A stretch of 64,000 bases of DNA from NCBI GenBank assembly GCA_900316115.1, contig ONBN01000005.1:3165-67164 (forward strand), given 5' to 3'. Source of the DNA: an uncultured Eubacteriales bacterium. Its GTDB lineage: Bacteria > Bacillota > Clostridia > Lachnospirales > Lachnospiraceae. Each line of letters opens with the position of its first letter. Position 1 is the stretch's first letter. The translations under genes and the position numbers were made by a program. Below the pieces are notes generated by a model. It was not told where the DNA came from. It was given only the letters and a program-made list of their open reading frames with translations, and ran no database searches. This document shows positions 47,812 to 57,888 of the stretch, piece after piece.

Positions 47812-50229
47812 ATGAATACTTCATTATCCTGGATAAAAATGTATGTGCCGGATCTGGATGTGACAGCACAGGAATATACAGATGCAATGACTCTTTCAGG
47901 AACAAAGGTAGAAGGCTTTGAAAAGCTGGATGCTGACCTGGATAAGATCGTGATCGGACAGATCACAAAGATTGACAAGCACCCGGATGCAGATAAACTG
48001 ATCATCTGCCAGGTGAATATCGGCGAGGAAACCGTACAGATCGTTACCGGTGCTCCCAATGTAAAAGAAGGAGATAAGGTGCCGGTTGTTCTGGACGGAG
48101 GAAAGGTTGCAGGCGGCCACGATGGCAAGATGACTCCTGGCGGCATTAAGATCAAAAAGGGTAAGCTGCGCGGCGTAGAGTCCTGCGGTATGATGTGCTC
48201 CATCGAGGAGCTTGGCAGCAGCCGTGAGATGTATCCGGAAGCACCGGAATACGGTATCTATATTTTCCCTGAGGATGCAAAAGTAGGGGAAAGCGCAATC
48301 AAAGCACTTGGCCTTGATGATGTGGTTTTTGAATATGAGATCACATCCAACCGTGTGGACTGCTATGGAGTGCTGGGGATCGCAAGGGAAGCAGCAGCTA
48401 CCTTTGATAAGAAATTCTGCCCTCCGGAAGTAAAGGCTACAGGCAATGAGGAAGATGCTTCTGATTATGTAAAAGTTACTGTACAGGATCCGGATCTTTG
48501 CACCAGATACTGTGCAAGAGTAGTTAAAAATGTTAAGATCGGACCTTCACCAAAATGGATGCAGAGATGTCTTGCTTCCAATGGTATCCGTCCTATCAAT
48601 AATCTGGTAGACATTACAAACTATGTAATGGAAGAATATGGACAGCCAATGCATGCCTATGATCTTGATACCATTGAAGGCAGGGAGATCGTTGTACGCA
48701 GAGCTGGAAAAGACGAGAAATTCGTTACTCTGGACGGCCAGGAGCGCACCATGGACGAATCTGTACTGATGATCTGTGACGGCAAAAAGCCGGTAGGCAT
48801 TGCTGGCATCATGGGTGGCGAGAATTCCATGATCACAGACAATGTACACACAGTTCTTTTTGAGGCAGCCTGCTTTAACGGAACAAACATCCGGCTTTCT
48901 TCCAAGAGGATCGGACTTCGTACAGATGCTTCCGGTAAATTCGAGAAAGGCCTGGATCCAAATAATGCAGAGGCAGCGATCAACCGTGCATGCCAGCTGA
49001 TGGAAGAGCTGGGAGCAGGAGAGGTTGTAGGCGGTATGGTAGATGTATGCAATGAAGTACGTCTTCCTTCCAGAGTTAAATTTGAGCCTGACCGTATCAA
49101 TGCACTTCTGGGCACCAACCTTACAAGCGAGGAAATGCTGGGCTACCTTGCAAAAGTAGAACTGACTTATGATGAGGCTACTGGTGAGATCGTAGCTCCT
49201 ACTTTCCGTCAGGATATCCACTGCATGGCAGATGTGGCTGAGGAGGTTGCAAGATTCTTCGGATATGATAAGATCCCGACTACACTTCCTACAGGAGAGG
49301 CTACTACAGGGAGACTTCCGTTTAAGCTTCGTATTGAGAGTGTTGCAAGGGATATTGCAGAGTACTGTGGATTCTCCGAGGGAATGACCTATTCCTTTGA
49401 AAGTCCTAAGGTATTTGACAAACTGCGTCTGCCGGAAGATCATGTGCTTCGCAGTGCCATCACCATCAGCAATCCGCTGGGTGAGGATTACAGTATTATG
49501 CGTACCAGCACCTTAAACGGTATGCTGTCCTCTTTGGCAACCAATTATAACCGGAGAAATAAAGATGTAAGACTTTATGAGCTGGGTAATGTTTACCTGC
49601 CAAAGGCACTTCCTCTTACTGAGCTTCCAGATGAGCGTACACAGTTTACCCTTGGTATGTATGGTAAAGGTGACTTTTTCGATATGAAAGGTGTATGCGA
49701 GGAATTCTTTGAAAAAGTAGGCATGAAGGAAAGAGTAGAATATGATCCTACAGACAAGAAACCATACCTTCATCCAGGACGTCAGGCAGATATGCTTTAC
49801 GAAGGCAAGAAAGTAGGTTATCTGGGTGAGGTACATCCTCTGACAGCAGATGCCTATGGTATTGGCGAGAGAGCTTATATTGCTGTGATCGATATTTTAA
49901 GTGTTCTGGAATTTGCAGGATTTAACCATAAATATACAGGTATTGCCAAATATCCGGCAGTATCTCGTGACTTAAGCCTTGTAGTGCCTCATGAGGTACT
50001 TGCAGGCCAGATCGAGAATGTGCTGATCCAGAGAGGTGGAAAGATCCTGGAAAGCTATCAGCTGTTCGATATTTATGAAGGCAGCCAGATCCAGAAGGGT
50101 TACAAGTCCATGGCATACTCTCTTGTATTCAGGGCAAATGACAAGACTCTGGAGGAAAGCGAGATCTCCGCAGCAATGAAGAAGATCCTGAACGGACTTG
50201 AGGATCTGGGGATCCAGCTGAGAAGCTGA
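47812..50229 (+). CDS. pheT: Phenylalanine-tRNA ligase beta subunit
   Basis: KHPDADKL, GVESCGMMCS, ITSNRVDC, NNLVDITNYVM, KYPAVSRDLS. Confidence 0.98.
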   Translation: MNTSLSWIKMYVPDLDVTAQEYTDAMTLSGTKVEGFEKLDADLDKIVIGQITKIDKHPDADKLIICQVNIGEETVQIVTGAPNVKEGDKVPVVLDGGKVAGGHDGKMTPGGIKIKKGKLRGVESCGMMCSIEELGSSREMYPEAPEYGIYIFPEDAKVGESAIKALGLDDVVFEYEITSNRVDCYGVLGIAREAAATFDKKFCPPEVKATGNEEDASDYVKVTVQDPDLCTRYCARVVKNVKIGPSPKWMQRCLASNGIRPINNLVDITNYVMEEYGQPMHAYDLDTIEGREIVVRRAGKDEKFVTLDGQERTMDESVLMICDGKKPVGIAGIMGGENSMITDNVHTVLFEAACFNGTNIRLSSKRIGLRTDASGKFEKGLDPNNAEAAINRACQLMEELGAGEVVGGMVDVCNEVRLPSRVKFEPDRINALLGTNLTSEEMLGYLAKVELTYDEATGEIVAPTFRQDIHCMADVAEEVARFFGYDKIPTTLPTGEATTGRLPFKLRIESVARDIAEYCGFSEGMTYSFESPKVFDKLRLPEDHVLRSAITISNPLGEDYSIMRTSTLNGMLSSLATNYNRRNKDVRLYELGNVYLPKALPLTELPDERTQFTLGMYGKGDFFDMKGVCEEFFEKVGMKERVEYDPTDKKPYLHPGRQADMLYEGKKVGYLGEVHPLTADAYGIGERAYIAVIDILSVLEFAGFNHKYTGIAKYPAVSRDLSLVVPHEVLAGQIENVLIQRGGKILESYQLFDIYEGSQIQKGYKSMAYSLVFRANDKTLEESEISAAMKKILNGLEDLGIQLRS

Positions 50230-50837
50230 TGCTGATGTATATTATCCGCCATGGGGAAACAGAATGGAACCATCTTCACAAGATTCAGGGAAGCGCAGAT
50301 ATTTCCCTGAATGAAGCCGGGATTTCCCTGGCAAGGCGGACCGGGGAAGCACTGAAAGATGTGAAATTTGACCTTTGTTTTTCAAGCCCTCTCCTTCGTG
50401 CCAGACAGACCGCAGAGGCTGTCCTTGGAGAACGTAAGATTCCGATGATCCTGGATAAAAGGATCCAGGAGATTAATTTCGGCGTTCTTGAGGGTGTTGT
50501 ATGGCTGGATAAAAACGGCCATGCAGTAAGTAAGGAGATGGAAGTATTTTTTGATGATCCTGCTCATTTCGGCAAGCCTGAAGGGGGAGAAAGCCTGAAG
50601 GAGGTGCTTGCCCGCACCAGGGAATTCTGGCTGGAAAAGACAAGTGATCCTGCCCTTTCTGACAAAACCATCCTTGTTTCTTCCCATGGATGTGCAGTGA
50701 GGGCTCTTTTGCAGAATCTGTACAAGGATCCGGAGCATTTCTGGCATGGGTGTGTACCGCCGAATTGCAGCATTAATCTGGTGGAAGTTAAGGACGGACA
50801 GGCCCGTTTTCTGGAAGAAGACAAGGTCTATGCCTGA
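50229..50837 (+). CDS. Histidine phosphatase family protein
   Basis: RHGETEWN, SSPLLRARQTA, EINFG, SSHG. Confidence 0.93.
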   Translation: MLMYIIRHGETEWNHLHKIQGSADISLNEAGISLARRTGEALKDVKFDLCFSSPLLRARQTAEAVLGERKIPMILDKRIQEINFGVLEGVVWLDKNGHAVSKEMEVFFDDPAHFGKPEGGESLKEVLARTREFWLEKTSDPALSDKTILVSSHGCAVRALLQNLYKDPEHFWHGCVPPNCSINLVEVKDGQARFLEEDKVYA

Positions 50838-50873
50838 GGGCAGAAATGAATAAATAAGCATAAGAATCATAGA

Positions 50874-50953
50874 AAAAGGAATTTTTGCCTGAAAAGGTAG
50901 AAATTCCTTTTTCCCTGTTATACCTTGTCCTGTTTTGAAATTTGTGCTATTAT
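50874..50953 (+). promoter_or_regulatory. Terminator followed by an extended -10 promoter for the ZorAB-like pair
   Basis: AAAAGGAATTT/AAATTCCTTTT hairpin; TTGTCC, 17 bp, TATTAT with a TG extension. Confidence 0.6.
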
Positions 50954-51011
50954 GATAAAAATGTGGTTAGTAGCATCTTTACCATAGAAAGCAGCCCAAA
51001 GGAGGTACAAC

Positions 51012-52637
51012 ATGGCAAAAAAGACGACAAATACACTTCTGTTTGCGCTGGTGTTCGCAGCGGCAGCCGGGATGACCGTCTACGTTGCAAAGGGAGCACC
51101 CAGCGTACTGATCTACAATTTTATTTTTCTTGGTACAATGACAGTGATCTATCTGATCGCATTGTTTGGCGGCATGTTCCGTATGGACAATCTGGGAGAA
51201 GCCTTTCACAGGGCAGCAGATGAGCTGACAAGTATATTCAAGACCCCTGGCAAGACAGATACCAAGAATCTGGCATACCTGGACGAACTGTTTGACGATC
51301 ACTACCTTGACAAGAAGATGGGGAATTTCTCCGAGAGTATCAGCCAGAGCAAGGAAGGGATCGGCGATATTGAAGAATACATCAATGATGATGAACTGGA
51401 TATCCATATACATAAAAGACTTCTGGAGATGGTGCCGGATATTTTTACCAGCCTTGGTATTTTAGGTACATTCATTGGTCTTGTATGGGGACTTAAGAAT
51501 TTTGAGCCTACCAATTATGAGGCTATGACAACTTCCGTATCCTCCCTGGTAGATGGTATCAAGGTAGCGTTCCTTACCTCTATTTATGGTATTGCATTTT
51601 CCATTATTTATTCCTGGGGAATGAAGCGGGAGTATTCCTTTATGTCCCAGAACCTTCAGAATTTCCTTGAGAAATTCCATGCATATGTGATGCCTACTGC
51701 TGAGAATGAAGCAAGGAATCTTCTTCTTTCCAGTCAGAAGATGCAGACAAAGGCCATGGCACAGATGGCAGAGCAGTTTTCTGTACAGATGGCAGACAGC
51801 TTTGAGAAGGTGATCACACCTACCTTCCAGAAGATGAATGACTCTCTGGATATGCTGGTGGCTTCCGTGACAAGATGTCAGCAGGATGCTGTAAGGGATA
51901 TCCTTCAGGAGTTCTTAAAGCAGATGCGTGGTTCCTTTGATACAGAGTTTGCGGGCTTTAATGAGGCGCTTGCCAGCCTGAAGCAGGCACAGAAGGAGAA
52001 TACCGCTTATACAACTGCGCTTTACCAGACCATGAGCCAGCAGCTTGGCCAGTCCTATGAGAAACAGGAAAAGGCCATGCGTGATATGGTTACAGAGCTT
52101 GGCGGCATTTCCAGCCGTTACATGGATACAGCTTCAAGGATCACTCAGGAGAACAGGGAGATCCAGAAGATCCAGCAGCAGGATTACCAGCATGTGGTAG
52201 ATTATCTGAAGGATGCAGAGAAGTCTGCAGCCAAGTTCTGGGTAGCATGTAACCAGGCAATGCAGAAATATGTGGAAACAGCAGCTTCTGGCATGGAGAA
52301 GGCTTCAGCCTCCAATCAGGCAGGCACGGATCTTCTGGCATCCAACAGCAGGCTTGTTGAGGAACTGGGCAGAGAGCTTCAGGAGTTTACCAGATACCAG
52401 CAGCAGTCTTATAAGACAATGGAGCAGGTACGCAGACTTCTTTCCGAGCTTTCCGCAGTAGGAGACAGAAGCGTTTATCTGATGAGCGGCGGCAGCAATC
52501 AGGAGTCTATGGACAGACTTGAGAAGCTGATGGAGCAGCAGGCGGCAGACCAGCAGGCAGTTCTGGAGGAGATCTCCAGGAATATCAAAGAACTTTCCAA
52601 AGGAGCACAGAAAGGAAAATTCGGTTTATTTAAATAA
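51012..52637 (+). CDS. MotA/TolQ/ExbB-family channel protein with long helical tail (ZorA-like)
   Basis: Two N-terminal TM segments; PDIFTSLGILGTFIGL and GIKVAFLTSIYGI helices; about 330-aa Q/E-rich helical tail. Confidence 0.8.
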   Translation: MAKKTTNTLLFALVFAAAAGMTVYVAKGAPSVLIYNFIFLGTMTVIYLIALFGGMFRMDNLGEAFHRAADELTSIFKTPGKTDTKNLAYLDELFDDHYLDKKMGNFSESISQSKEGIGDIEEYINDDELDIHIHKRLLEMVPDIFTSLGILGTFIGLVWGLKNFEPTNYEAMTTSVSSLVDGIKVAFLTSIYGIAFSIIYSWGMKREYSFMSQNLQNFLEKFHAYVMPTAENEARNLLLSSQKMQTKAMAQMAEQFSVQMADSFEKVITPTFQKMNDSLDMLVASVTRCQQDAVRDILQEFLKQMRGSFDTEFAGFNEALASLKQAQKENTAYTTALYQTMSQQLGQSYEKQEKAMRDMVTELGGISSRYMDTASRITQENREIQKIQQQDYQHVVDYLKDAEKSAAKFWVACNQAMQKYVETAASGMEKASASNQAGTDLLASNSRLVEELGRELQEFTRYQQQSYKTMEQVRRLLSELSAVGDRSVYLMSGGSNQESMDRLEKLMEQQAADQQAVLEEISRNIKELSKGAQKGKFGLFK

Positions 52638-52648
52638 AGGAGAGAATC

Positions 52649-53605
52649 ATGCACAAGAAAAGAAAATCTGAGGATGGAAGCTTTAATATCTGGCGTTCCT
52701 ATTCCGATATGATGTGCGGTGTATTGCTTCTCTTCGTACTGATCATGTGCGTAACTCTTTTCCAGGCTCAGAAAAGCTATGATGAGAGCATTAAGGAGCA
52801 GGAAGAGAAGAATGAGATGCAGGCCAATTATATTGCCGAGATCACTGCACAGCAGAATACCCTGGATGACCAGGATGCAAAGCTGAAGACACAGGATGAG
52901 AAGCTGTCTGCCCTGGCACAGCAGCTGGCAGAACAGGCACAGAAGCTTAAGGAACAGGAAGCAGCTCTTGCACAGCAGCAGGTGGATCTGGATGAGAAAA
53001 CCCAGCTGATCAACACCCAGCAGGCCAAGATCGATAATATCATCGGTGTAAAGGCAGAGGTTGTTGAGTCCCTGCAGCAGGAATTTGCCAAGAATAATCT
53101 GAATGTTAATATTGATTCCCAGACAGGAGCATTGACACTGGATGCCAGCGTTCTTTTTGCTTATGATGATGCAGAGCTTACTGAAGAGGGAAAAACAGCC
53201 CTTCGCAGTGTTCTGCCGATTTACTGCAAGGTGCTTCTGGAAGACAGCTACAAGTCTTATCTGGCAGAGATCATTATTGACGGTTACACAGATACAGATG
53301 GAGATTATGCTTATAACCTGGAGCTTTCACAGCGCAGATCCCTGGCAGTAGCCCAGTATCTGCTGGAAATACAGGGAGAATTCCTCACTTCTGACCAGAC
53401 GGTTGATCTGCAGGATTACCTTACAGTCAATGGACATTCCATGGCGAATCCGATCCTGGATGCCGACGGTAATGTAGATAAAGATGCGTCCCGTCGTGTA
53501 GAGGTTAAGTTCCGTCTGAAGGATGATGAGATGATCGATGAACTGAGCAGTATTATGACTACAGACCAGACATCAGCAGACAGTGCCGCAGCGGGAATTG
53601 ATTAA
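52649..53605 (+). CDS. MotB/OmpA-family protein (ZorB-like)
   Basis: WRSYSDMMCGVLLLF with the conserved TM Asp; coiled-coil stalk; OmpA-C motifs DGYTD, NLELSQRR, ASRRVEV. Confidence 0.85.
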   Translation: MHKKRKSEDGSFNIWRSYSDMMCGVLLLFVLIMCVTLFQAQKSYDESIKEQEEKNEMQANYIAEITAQQNTLDDQDAKLKTQDEKLSALAQQLAEQAQKLKEQEAALAQQQVDLDEKTQLINTQQAKIDNIIGVKAEVVESLQQEFAKNNLNVNIDSQTGALTLDASVLFAYDDAELTEEGKTALRSVLPIYCKVLLEDSYKSYLAEIIIDGYTDTDGDYAYNLELSQRRSLAVAQYLLEIQGEFLTSDQTVDLQDYLTVNGHSMANPILDADGNVDKDASRRVEVKFRLKDDEMIDELSSIMTTDQTSADSAAAGID

Positions 53606-53612
53606 ACAAACG

Positions 53613-53678
53613 AAAGATGCCGTACATGAGATTAAAGGAGAGTTATGGGTGTTCCCTCAATCTGTGTACAGCATCTTT
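53613..53678. terminator. Hairpin between convergent genes
   Basis: AAAGATGC/GCATCTTT with inner GTACA/TGTAC and AGATT/AATCT. Confidence 0.6.
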
Positions 53679-53743
53679 TATTGTATATTATATGTAAAAT
53701 TACTTTGCTATATTGTCATCTGGGTTATACTGCTATCTGGCGG

Positions 53744-55114
53744 TTAATCCAGTCTGGACAGCGCTTCCTGGGATACGATCTTTTTACGTACACACAGGAA
53801 GATGATCCCTGCGATAGAAGCTGCAGTGATATCGGAGATGGGTTCAGAATAATAGATACCCATAACTCCGAAGAATTTAGGAAGGATCAGAGCCAGCGGG
53901 ATCAACAGGAATACCTTACGAAGCAGGGCAATGAACAGAGAAATCTTTGCCTGCCCAAGTCCCATAAATGTGGTCTGGCATCCCATCTGAAGACCAAACA
54001 GCCAGATTCCGGCCATAAATACAGGCATTACTTTTCCTACCAGACGGATCAGCTCTTTATCAGAAGTGAAGATCCCGGCAAAGACTGTTGGGAACAACAG
54101 GGTAAGTAAGCAACAGACAGTAGCTGCTGCAAAGGTAACACCAATGGTCAGCCGGTAAGTCTTTTTTACACGGTCGAATTTACCTGCTCCAAAGTTAAAG
54201 CTGATAATAGGCTGTACACCCTGGGTAAAGCCCTGGATAGGGATAACGATCAGCTGCATGACACTTTGAAGAATGGTCATGGAACCAACGTAAAGATCCC
54301 CTCCATAAATGGAAAGTCCCCGGTTCAGCACAATGTTAATGGCACTTTCTGTAGCCTGCATGATAAACGGAGAAATACCAAGAGCCATTACACTGCCGAT
54401 CACGGAAAGTTCAGGCTTCATGTTGCTCTTTTTGATCCTCATAACAGACTTCTGGGACAGAAGGAAATGGATCACCCATGCAGCACTTACTGCCTGAGAA
54501 AAGATCGTTGCTAAAGCTGCACCTCTTACTCCCATACCAAAGGTAAAGATCAGGATGGGGTCAAGGATAATGTTCAACAATGCGCCGATCAGCACAGACA
54601 TCATGGCGATCCCTGCCTGTCCCTGGCAGGAGATAAACATATTCAGTCCAAGGGCCAGCTGGACAAACACAGTACCAAGCAGATAAAGCTGTACATAATC
54701 CAGGGCATAGTCAATGGTCTGGCTGCTTGCCCCAAACATAAAAAGAAGGGGCCTTTTAAAGATCGTGAAGAAAACCGTAAGGATCAGGGAAAAGCAAAGC
54801 AATACAGTTACACCGTTGCCAAGGATCTTTTCTGCCTTATGTACATCCTTTTTTCCAAGGGCAATGGCTGCCAGAGGGGCACCGCCTGCGCCTATGAAAG
54901 CGCTGAATGCAGAAATGATCATCAGGATAGGGAAGGTAAGTCCTACTCCGGTAAGTGCAACAGAACCTACCTTTGGGATATGACCGATGTACATACGATC
55001 CACAATATTATATAGAGCATTGATCAGCTGGGCGATCACAGAAGGGATGGCAAGGCTGGCCATTAGTCTGGGAATAGGCATTGTGCCCAACTTTTCGTTA
55101 CGACTCTCATTCAT
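53744..55114 (-). CDS. MATE family efflux transporter (MepA-like)
   Basis: LYNIVDRMYIGH, ALTGVG, LNIILDPILIF, QPIISFNFGA. Confidence 0.93.
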   Translation of the reverse strand: MNESRNEKLGTMPIPRLMASLAIPSVIAQLINALYNIVDRMYIGHIPKVGSVALTGVGLTFPILMIISAFSAFIGAGGAPLAAIALGKKDVHKAEKILGNGVTVLLCFSLILTVFFTIFKRPLLFMFGASSQTIDYALDYVQLYLLGTVFVQLALGLNMFISCQGQAGIAMMSVLIGALLNIILDPILIFTFGMGVRGAALATIFSQAVSAAWVIHFLLSQKSVMRIKKSNMKPELSVIGSVMALGISPFIMQATESAINIVLNRGLSIYGGDLYVGSMTILQSVMQLIVIPIQGFTQGVQPIISFNFGAGKFDRVKKTYRLTIGVTFAAATVCCLLTLLFPTVFAGIFTSDKELIRLVGKVMPVFMAGIWLFGLQMGCQTTFMGLGQAKISLFIALLRKVFLLIPLALILPKFFGVMGIYYSEPISDITAASIAGIIFLCVRKKIVSQEALSRLD

Positions 55115-55868
55115 TACAAATTCCTCTTTTCTGTGGAAATACAGGAGTAGAGACAAGCTCCTGTTGTGAAGCTAAAAGTGTTGCTGCAGAAATCTTGTGA
55201 AGACAAGGCTCTATGGGAAGGGCAGAGCATACGGCGATCCGGTAATCCTTAAAAGCAAATTCACAGGCTTCATAAGTTTCTTCTTTGGAATGTATAGAAG
55301 AAGTACAAGTAAAAATCTGTTCACTTTCCAGATTGCCGGAAAGAGTGCCGGGCTGAACCTGAAAGGATTTCAGGGGAAGGGATAACCCCTCCTCTTTATA
55401 TTTTACATAGCTTTCTTTTAATGCCCAGATCCGTGTAAACATGGCTTTTCCGTATTCCTGCACAAGGGCATTCTCAGACTCTGTAAAGAAAATACGTGCA
55501 ATCCCGGAACGGTCTTCTTTTTCCTGCTGGATGTCGATCCCACAGGGAGCAGAGCCAAAAGCGCAGACTACGTATCCGCTGCTGTGGGACAGATTAAAAT
55601 GAAAATCAGAACCATTTAGGAAAGGCTTGCCTTTCTCGGAAATAGAAAGTGCATCCAGTGGAAGGCCTTTTTGCAGCAAAAGACTACGGAGCAGAAGCCC
55701 TGCCCCAAGACTTTCCAGGCACCTCTCGGGGCGGCGCAGTCGGGAAATGTTTTCTTTTCGTTCTTTCCAGGAACCGGCATCAGGAAGAAGTGCCAGTCCT
55801 TTTTGAAATGTTTCGGGATTCTTAAAAGCCTCAACAAAAGTGATCAGGCATTGGATCTTCTCGCCCAT
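55107..55868 (-). CDS. 4'-phosphopantetheinyl transferase, Sfp type
   Basis: GKPFL, FNLSHS, CGIDIQ, WALKESYVK. Confidence 0.9.
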   Translation of the reverse strand: MGEKIQCLITFVEAFKNPETFQKGLALLPDAGSWKERKENISRLRRPERCLESLGAGLLLRSLLLQKGLPLDALSISEKGKPFLNGSDFHFNLSHSSGYVVCAFGSAPCGIDIQQEKEDRSGIARIFFTESENALVQEYGKAMFTRIWALKESYVKYKEEGLSLPLKSFQVQPGTLSGNLESEQIFTCTSSIHSKEETYEACEFAFKDYRIAVCSALPIEPCLHKISAATLLASQQELVSTPVFPQKRGICNE

Positions 55869-56743
55869 TACCAGCAGATCACCTCACAGCCGGTGTCTGT
55901 TACCAGGACTGTGACTTCCCACTGGGCAGAAGGCTGACCGTCACAGGTACGTACTGTCCAGTCGTCGATCTCATCGGTGTACACCTCGTCAGATCCCATA
56001 TTTACCATAGGCTCGATGGTGAACATCATGCCTGGCACCATCAGCACGCCGCTTCCTTCTTCGGAAGTATAACTTACCCATGGATCCTCATGGAATTCCA
56101 GGCCTACACCATGTCCGCCGATTTCCTTTACTACTGTGTAACCGTTTTCAAGTGCATGCTGATGAACGGCATGCCCCATATTTCCAATCGGAGTCCAGGG
56201 CTGTACCTTTGAGATACCGATCTCCACACACTCTTTAACAACCTTTACCAGTTTTTCTTTTTCTGGGCTTACACTTCCGATGCAGAACATACGGGAGGAG
56301 TCAGAAAAATATCCATTATAAATAGTGGAAACATCTACGTTGATAATGTCTCCTTCTTTCAGTACTACATCATCTGATGGGATTCCGTGGCATACCACCT
56401 GGTCAATGGAGGTGCATACGCTCTTTGGGAAGCCTTCGTAATTCAGTGGGGCAGGGATCCCGCCGTGACGTATGGTTTCTTCGTGTACCCAGTCGTCAAT
56501 ATCCTGGGTGGTAATACCAGGGCGGATATGCTCTGCCACATAATCCAGTACTGCAATGTTGATCTTGCAGCTTTCTTTGATCTTCTCAATCTGTTCAGGA
56601 GTTTTGATCATGCTGTGGTCAGGCACCGGGTAGCCTTTTTGCTTCATTTGTTCCAGTTTTTCATCAAATACCTCATGGCATTTTTTGTATTTTTTTCCGC
56701 TTCCGCACCAGCAGGGGTCATTTCTTCCTATTTTTAAAGACAT
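55868..56743 (-). CDS. map: Methionine aminopeptidase with N-terminal SEC-C zinc motif
   Basis: GRNDPCWCGSGKKYKKCH; VCHGIP, INVDVS, GHGVG, FTIEPMVN, AQWE. Confidence 0.96.
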   Translation of the reverse strand: MSLKIGRNDPCWCGSGKKYKKCHEVFDEKLEQMKQKGYPVPDHSMIKTPEQIEKIKESCKINIAVLDYVAEHIRPGITTQDIDDWVHEETIRHGGIPAPLNYEGFPKSVCTSIDQVVCHGIPSDDVVLKEGDIINVDVSTIYNGYFSDSSRMFCIGSVSPEKEKLVKVVKECVEIGISKVQPWTPIGNMGHAVHQHALENGYTVVKEIGGHGVGLEFHEDPWVSYTSEEGSGVLMVPGMMFTIEPMVNMGSDEVYTDEIDDWTVRTCDGQPSAQWEVTVLVTDTGCEVICW

Positions 56744-56939
56744 TTCTCTCTCTCCTTATCCGTTTTTATATGTATTTATTTGTATATACTTTTCCAGAAG
56801 ATAGAATAACACAATTTGGGGGTAAAGTAAAATCTCATAAGAGGGGAATTTTTATCTGTAGGGTGGGGGAGACGGGGATTGTGTTTTGTGTGGAATTTTA
56901 TGTTGTATGGAGGGCAGGGGTGTGCTATACTTTAGGACG

Positions 56940-57056
56940 AACCAAGGGAGCTTGCGGGCGCAGGCTGAGAGGAAGCAATCACCGGAGAGGACATCCTGCT
57001 GGTGACCGGAGACTTCGACCTTTTAACTTGATTTGGATAATGCCAACGTAAGGAGG
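56940..57056 (+). promoter_or_regulatory. TPP riboswitch
   Basis: GGGAG...GCTGAGAG...GACC...CTTGATTTGGATAATGCCAACGTAAGG; upstream of a thiamine transporter. Confidence 0.93.
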
Positions 57057-57064
57057 AAAAACAA

Positions 57065-57751
57065 ATGATGGATTTTTTAGTAACTGCTGACGGTGGACTG
57101 ACCACTGCCGGCTATGTAACATGTATTGCTGCCATGGTGATCCTGGTAGTGATCGCAGCTGTACTTTTCCATAAGAAAAGTTCTTCAGGCAAGCTGACTA
57201 CACAGCAGCTTGTGACCTGTGCAGTGGCTCTGGCACTTGCATATGCCACTTCTTATCTTAAAGTATTTTCTCTGCCATTCGGTGGATCTGTAACCTTATG
57301 CAGCATGCTTTTTATCGTACTTATCGGATACTGGTACGGACCTAAGATCGGTATTCTGACAGGTCTGGTATATGGTATCTTCCAGTTCCTGCAGGAGCCA
57401 TATGTACTTAGCTTTTTCCAGGTATGCTGTGATTATATCCTGGCTTTTGGTGCTATGGGTATTGCCGGATTTTTCTCAAAATCAAAGAAATACGGACTGC
57501 AGAAAGCATACGTGGCAGCTATCCTTGCAAGAGGTGCATTCCATGTTCTTGGTGGATATCTGTACTGGATGAGCTATATGCCTGAGAATTATCCGAAGTC
57601 ATTATCTGCTATTTATCCTATTGTATACAATTACAGCTACATTCTTGCTGAGGGAGTTATTACACTGATCTTGATCTCTATTCCGGCTGTTTCAAAAGCG
57701 CTGGTTCAGGTTCGTAAGATGGTGACAGTACCGGGAGAAAAGAACGCATAA
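57065..57751 (+). CDS. thiT: Energy-coupled thiamine transporter S-component
   Basis: LPFGGSVT, YWYGPKIG, CDYILAFG, VLGGYLYW, SAIYPIVYNYSY; TPP riboswitch upstream. Confidence 0.92.
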   Translation: MMDFLVTADGGLTTAGYVTCIAAMVILVVIAAVLFHKKSSSGKLTTQQLVTCAVALALAYATSYLKVFSLPFGGSVTLCSMLFIVLIGYWYGPKIGILTGLVYGIFQFLQEPYVLSFFQVCCDYILAFGAMGIAGFFSKSKKYGLQKAYVAAILARGAFHVLGGYLYWMSYMPENYPKSLSAIYPIVYNYSYILAEGVITLILISIPAVSKALVQVRKMVTVPGEKNA

Positions 57752-57784
57752 TTAATGTATAATATTGAATCTATCCAAATCCAC

Positions 57785-57818
57785 AACAGCCGTCGGAACC
57801 CTTGTCCGGCGGCTGTTT
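57785..57818 (+). terminator. Terminator after thiT
   Basis: AACAGCCGTCGGA / TCCGGCGGCTGTT. Confidence 0.8.
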
Positions 57819-57888
57819 CATAGAATTAATTGGTTGCTGTGAACAGAAACACTAATTATTAATTCTTTGTGAAAATGGGAATTCTTGA

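Noticed and set aside
51012-53605. Flagellar MotAB or TonB-system ExbBD
   Set aside because: The A subunit is about twice MotA length with a long tail, the B subunit has an OmpA domain (unlike ExbD), and no flagellar or TonB genes are nearby.
56672-56743. SEC-C motif in map as a link to selenocysteine
   Set aside because: SEC-C is named after the SecA C-terminal zinc motif and has nothing to do with Sec.
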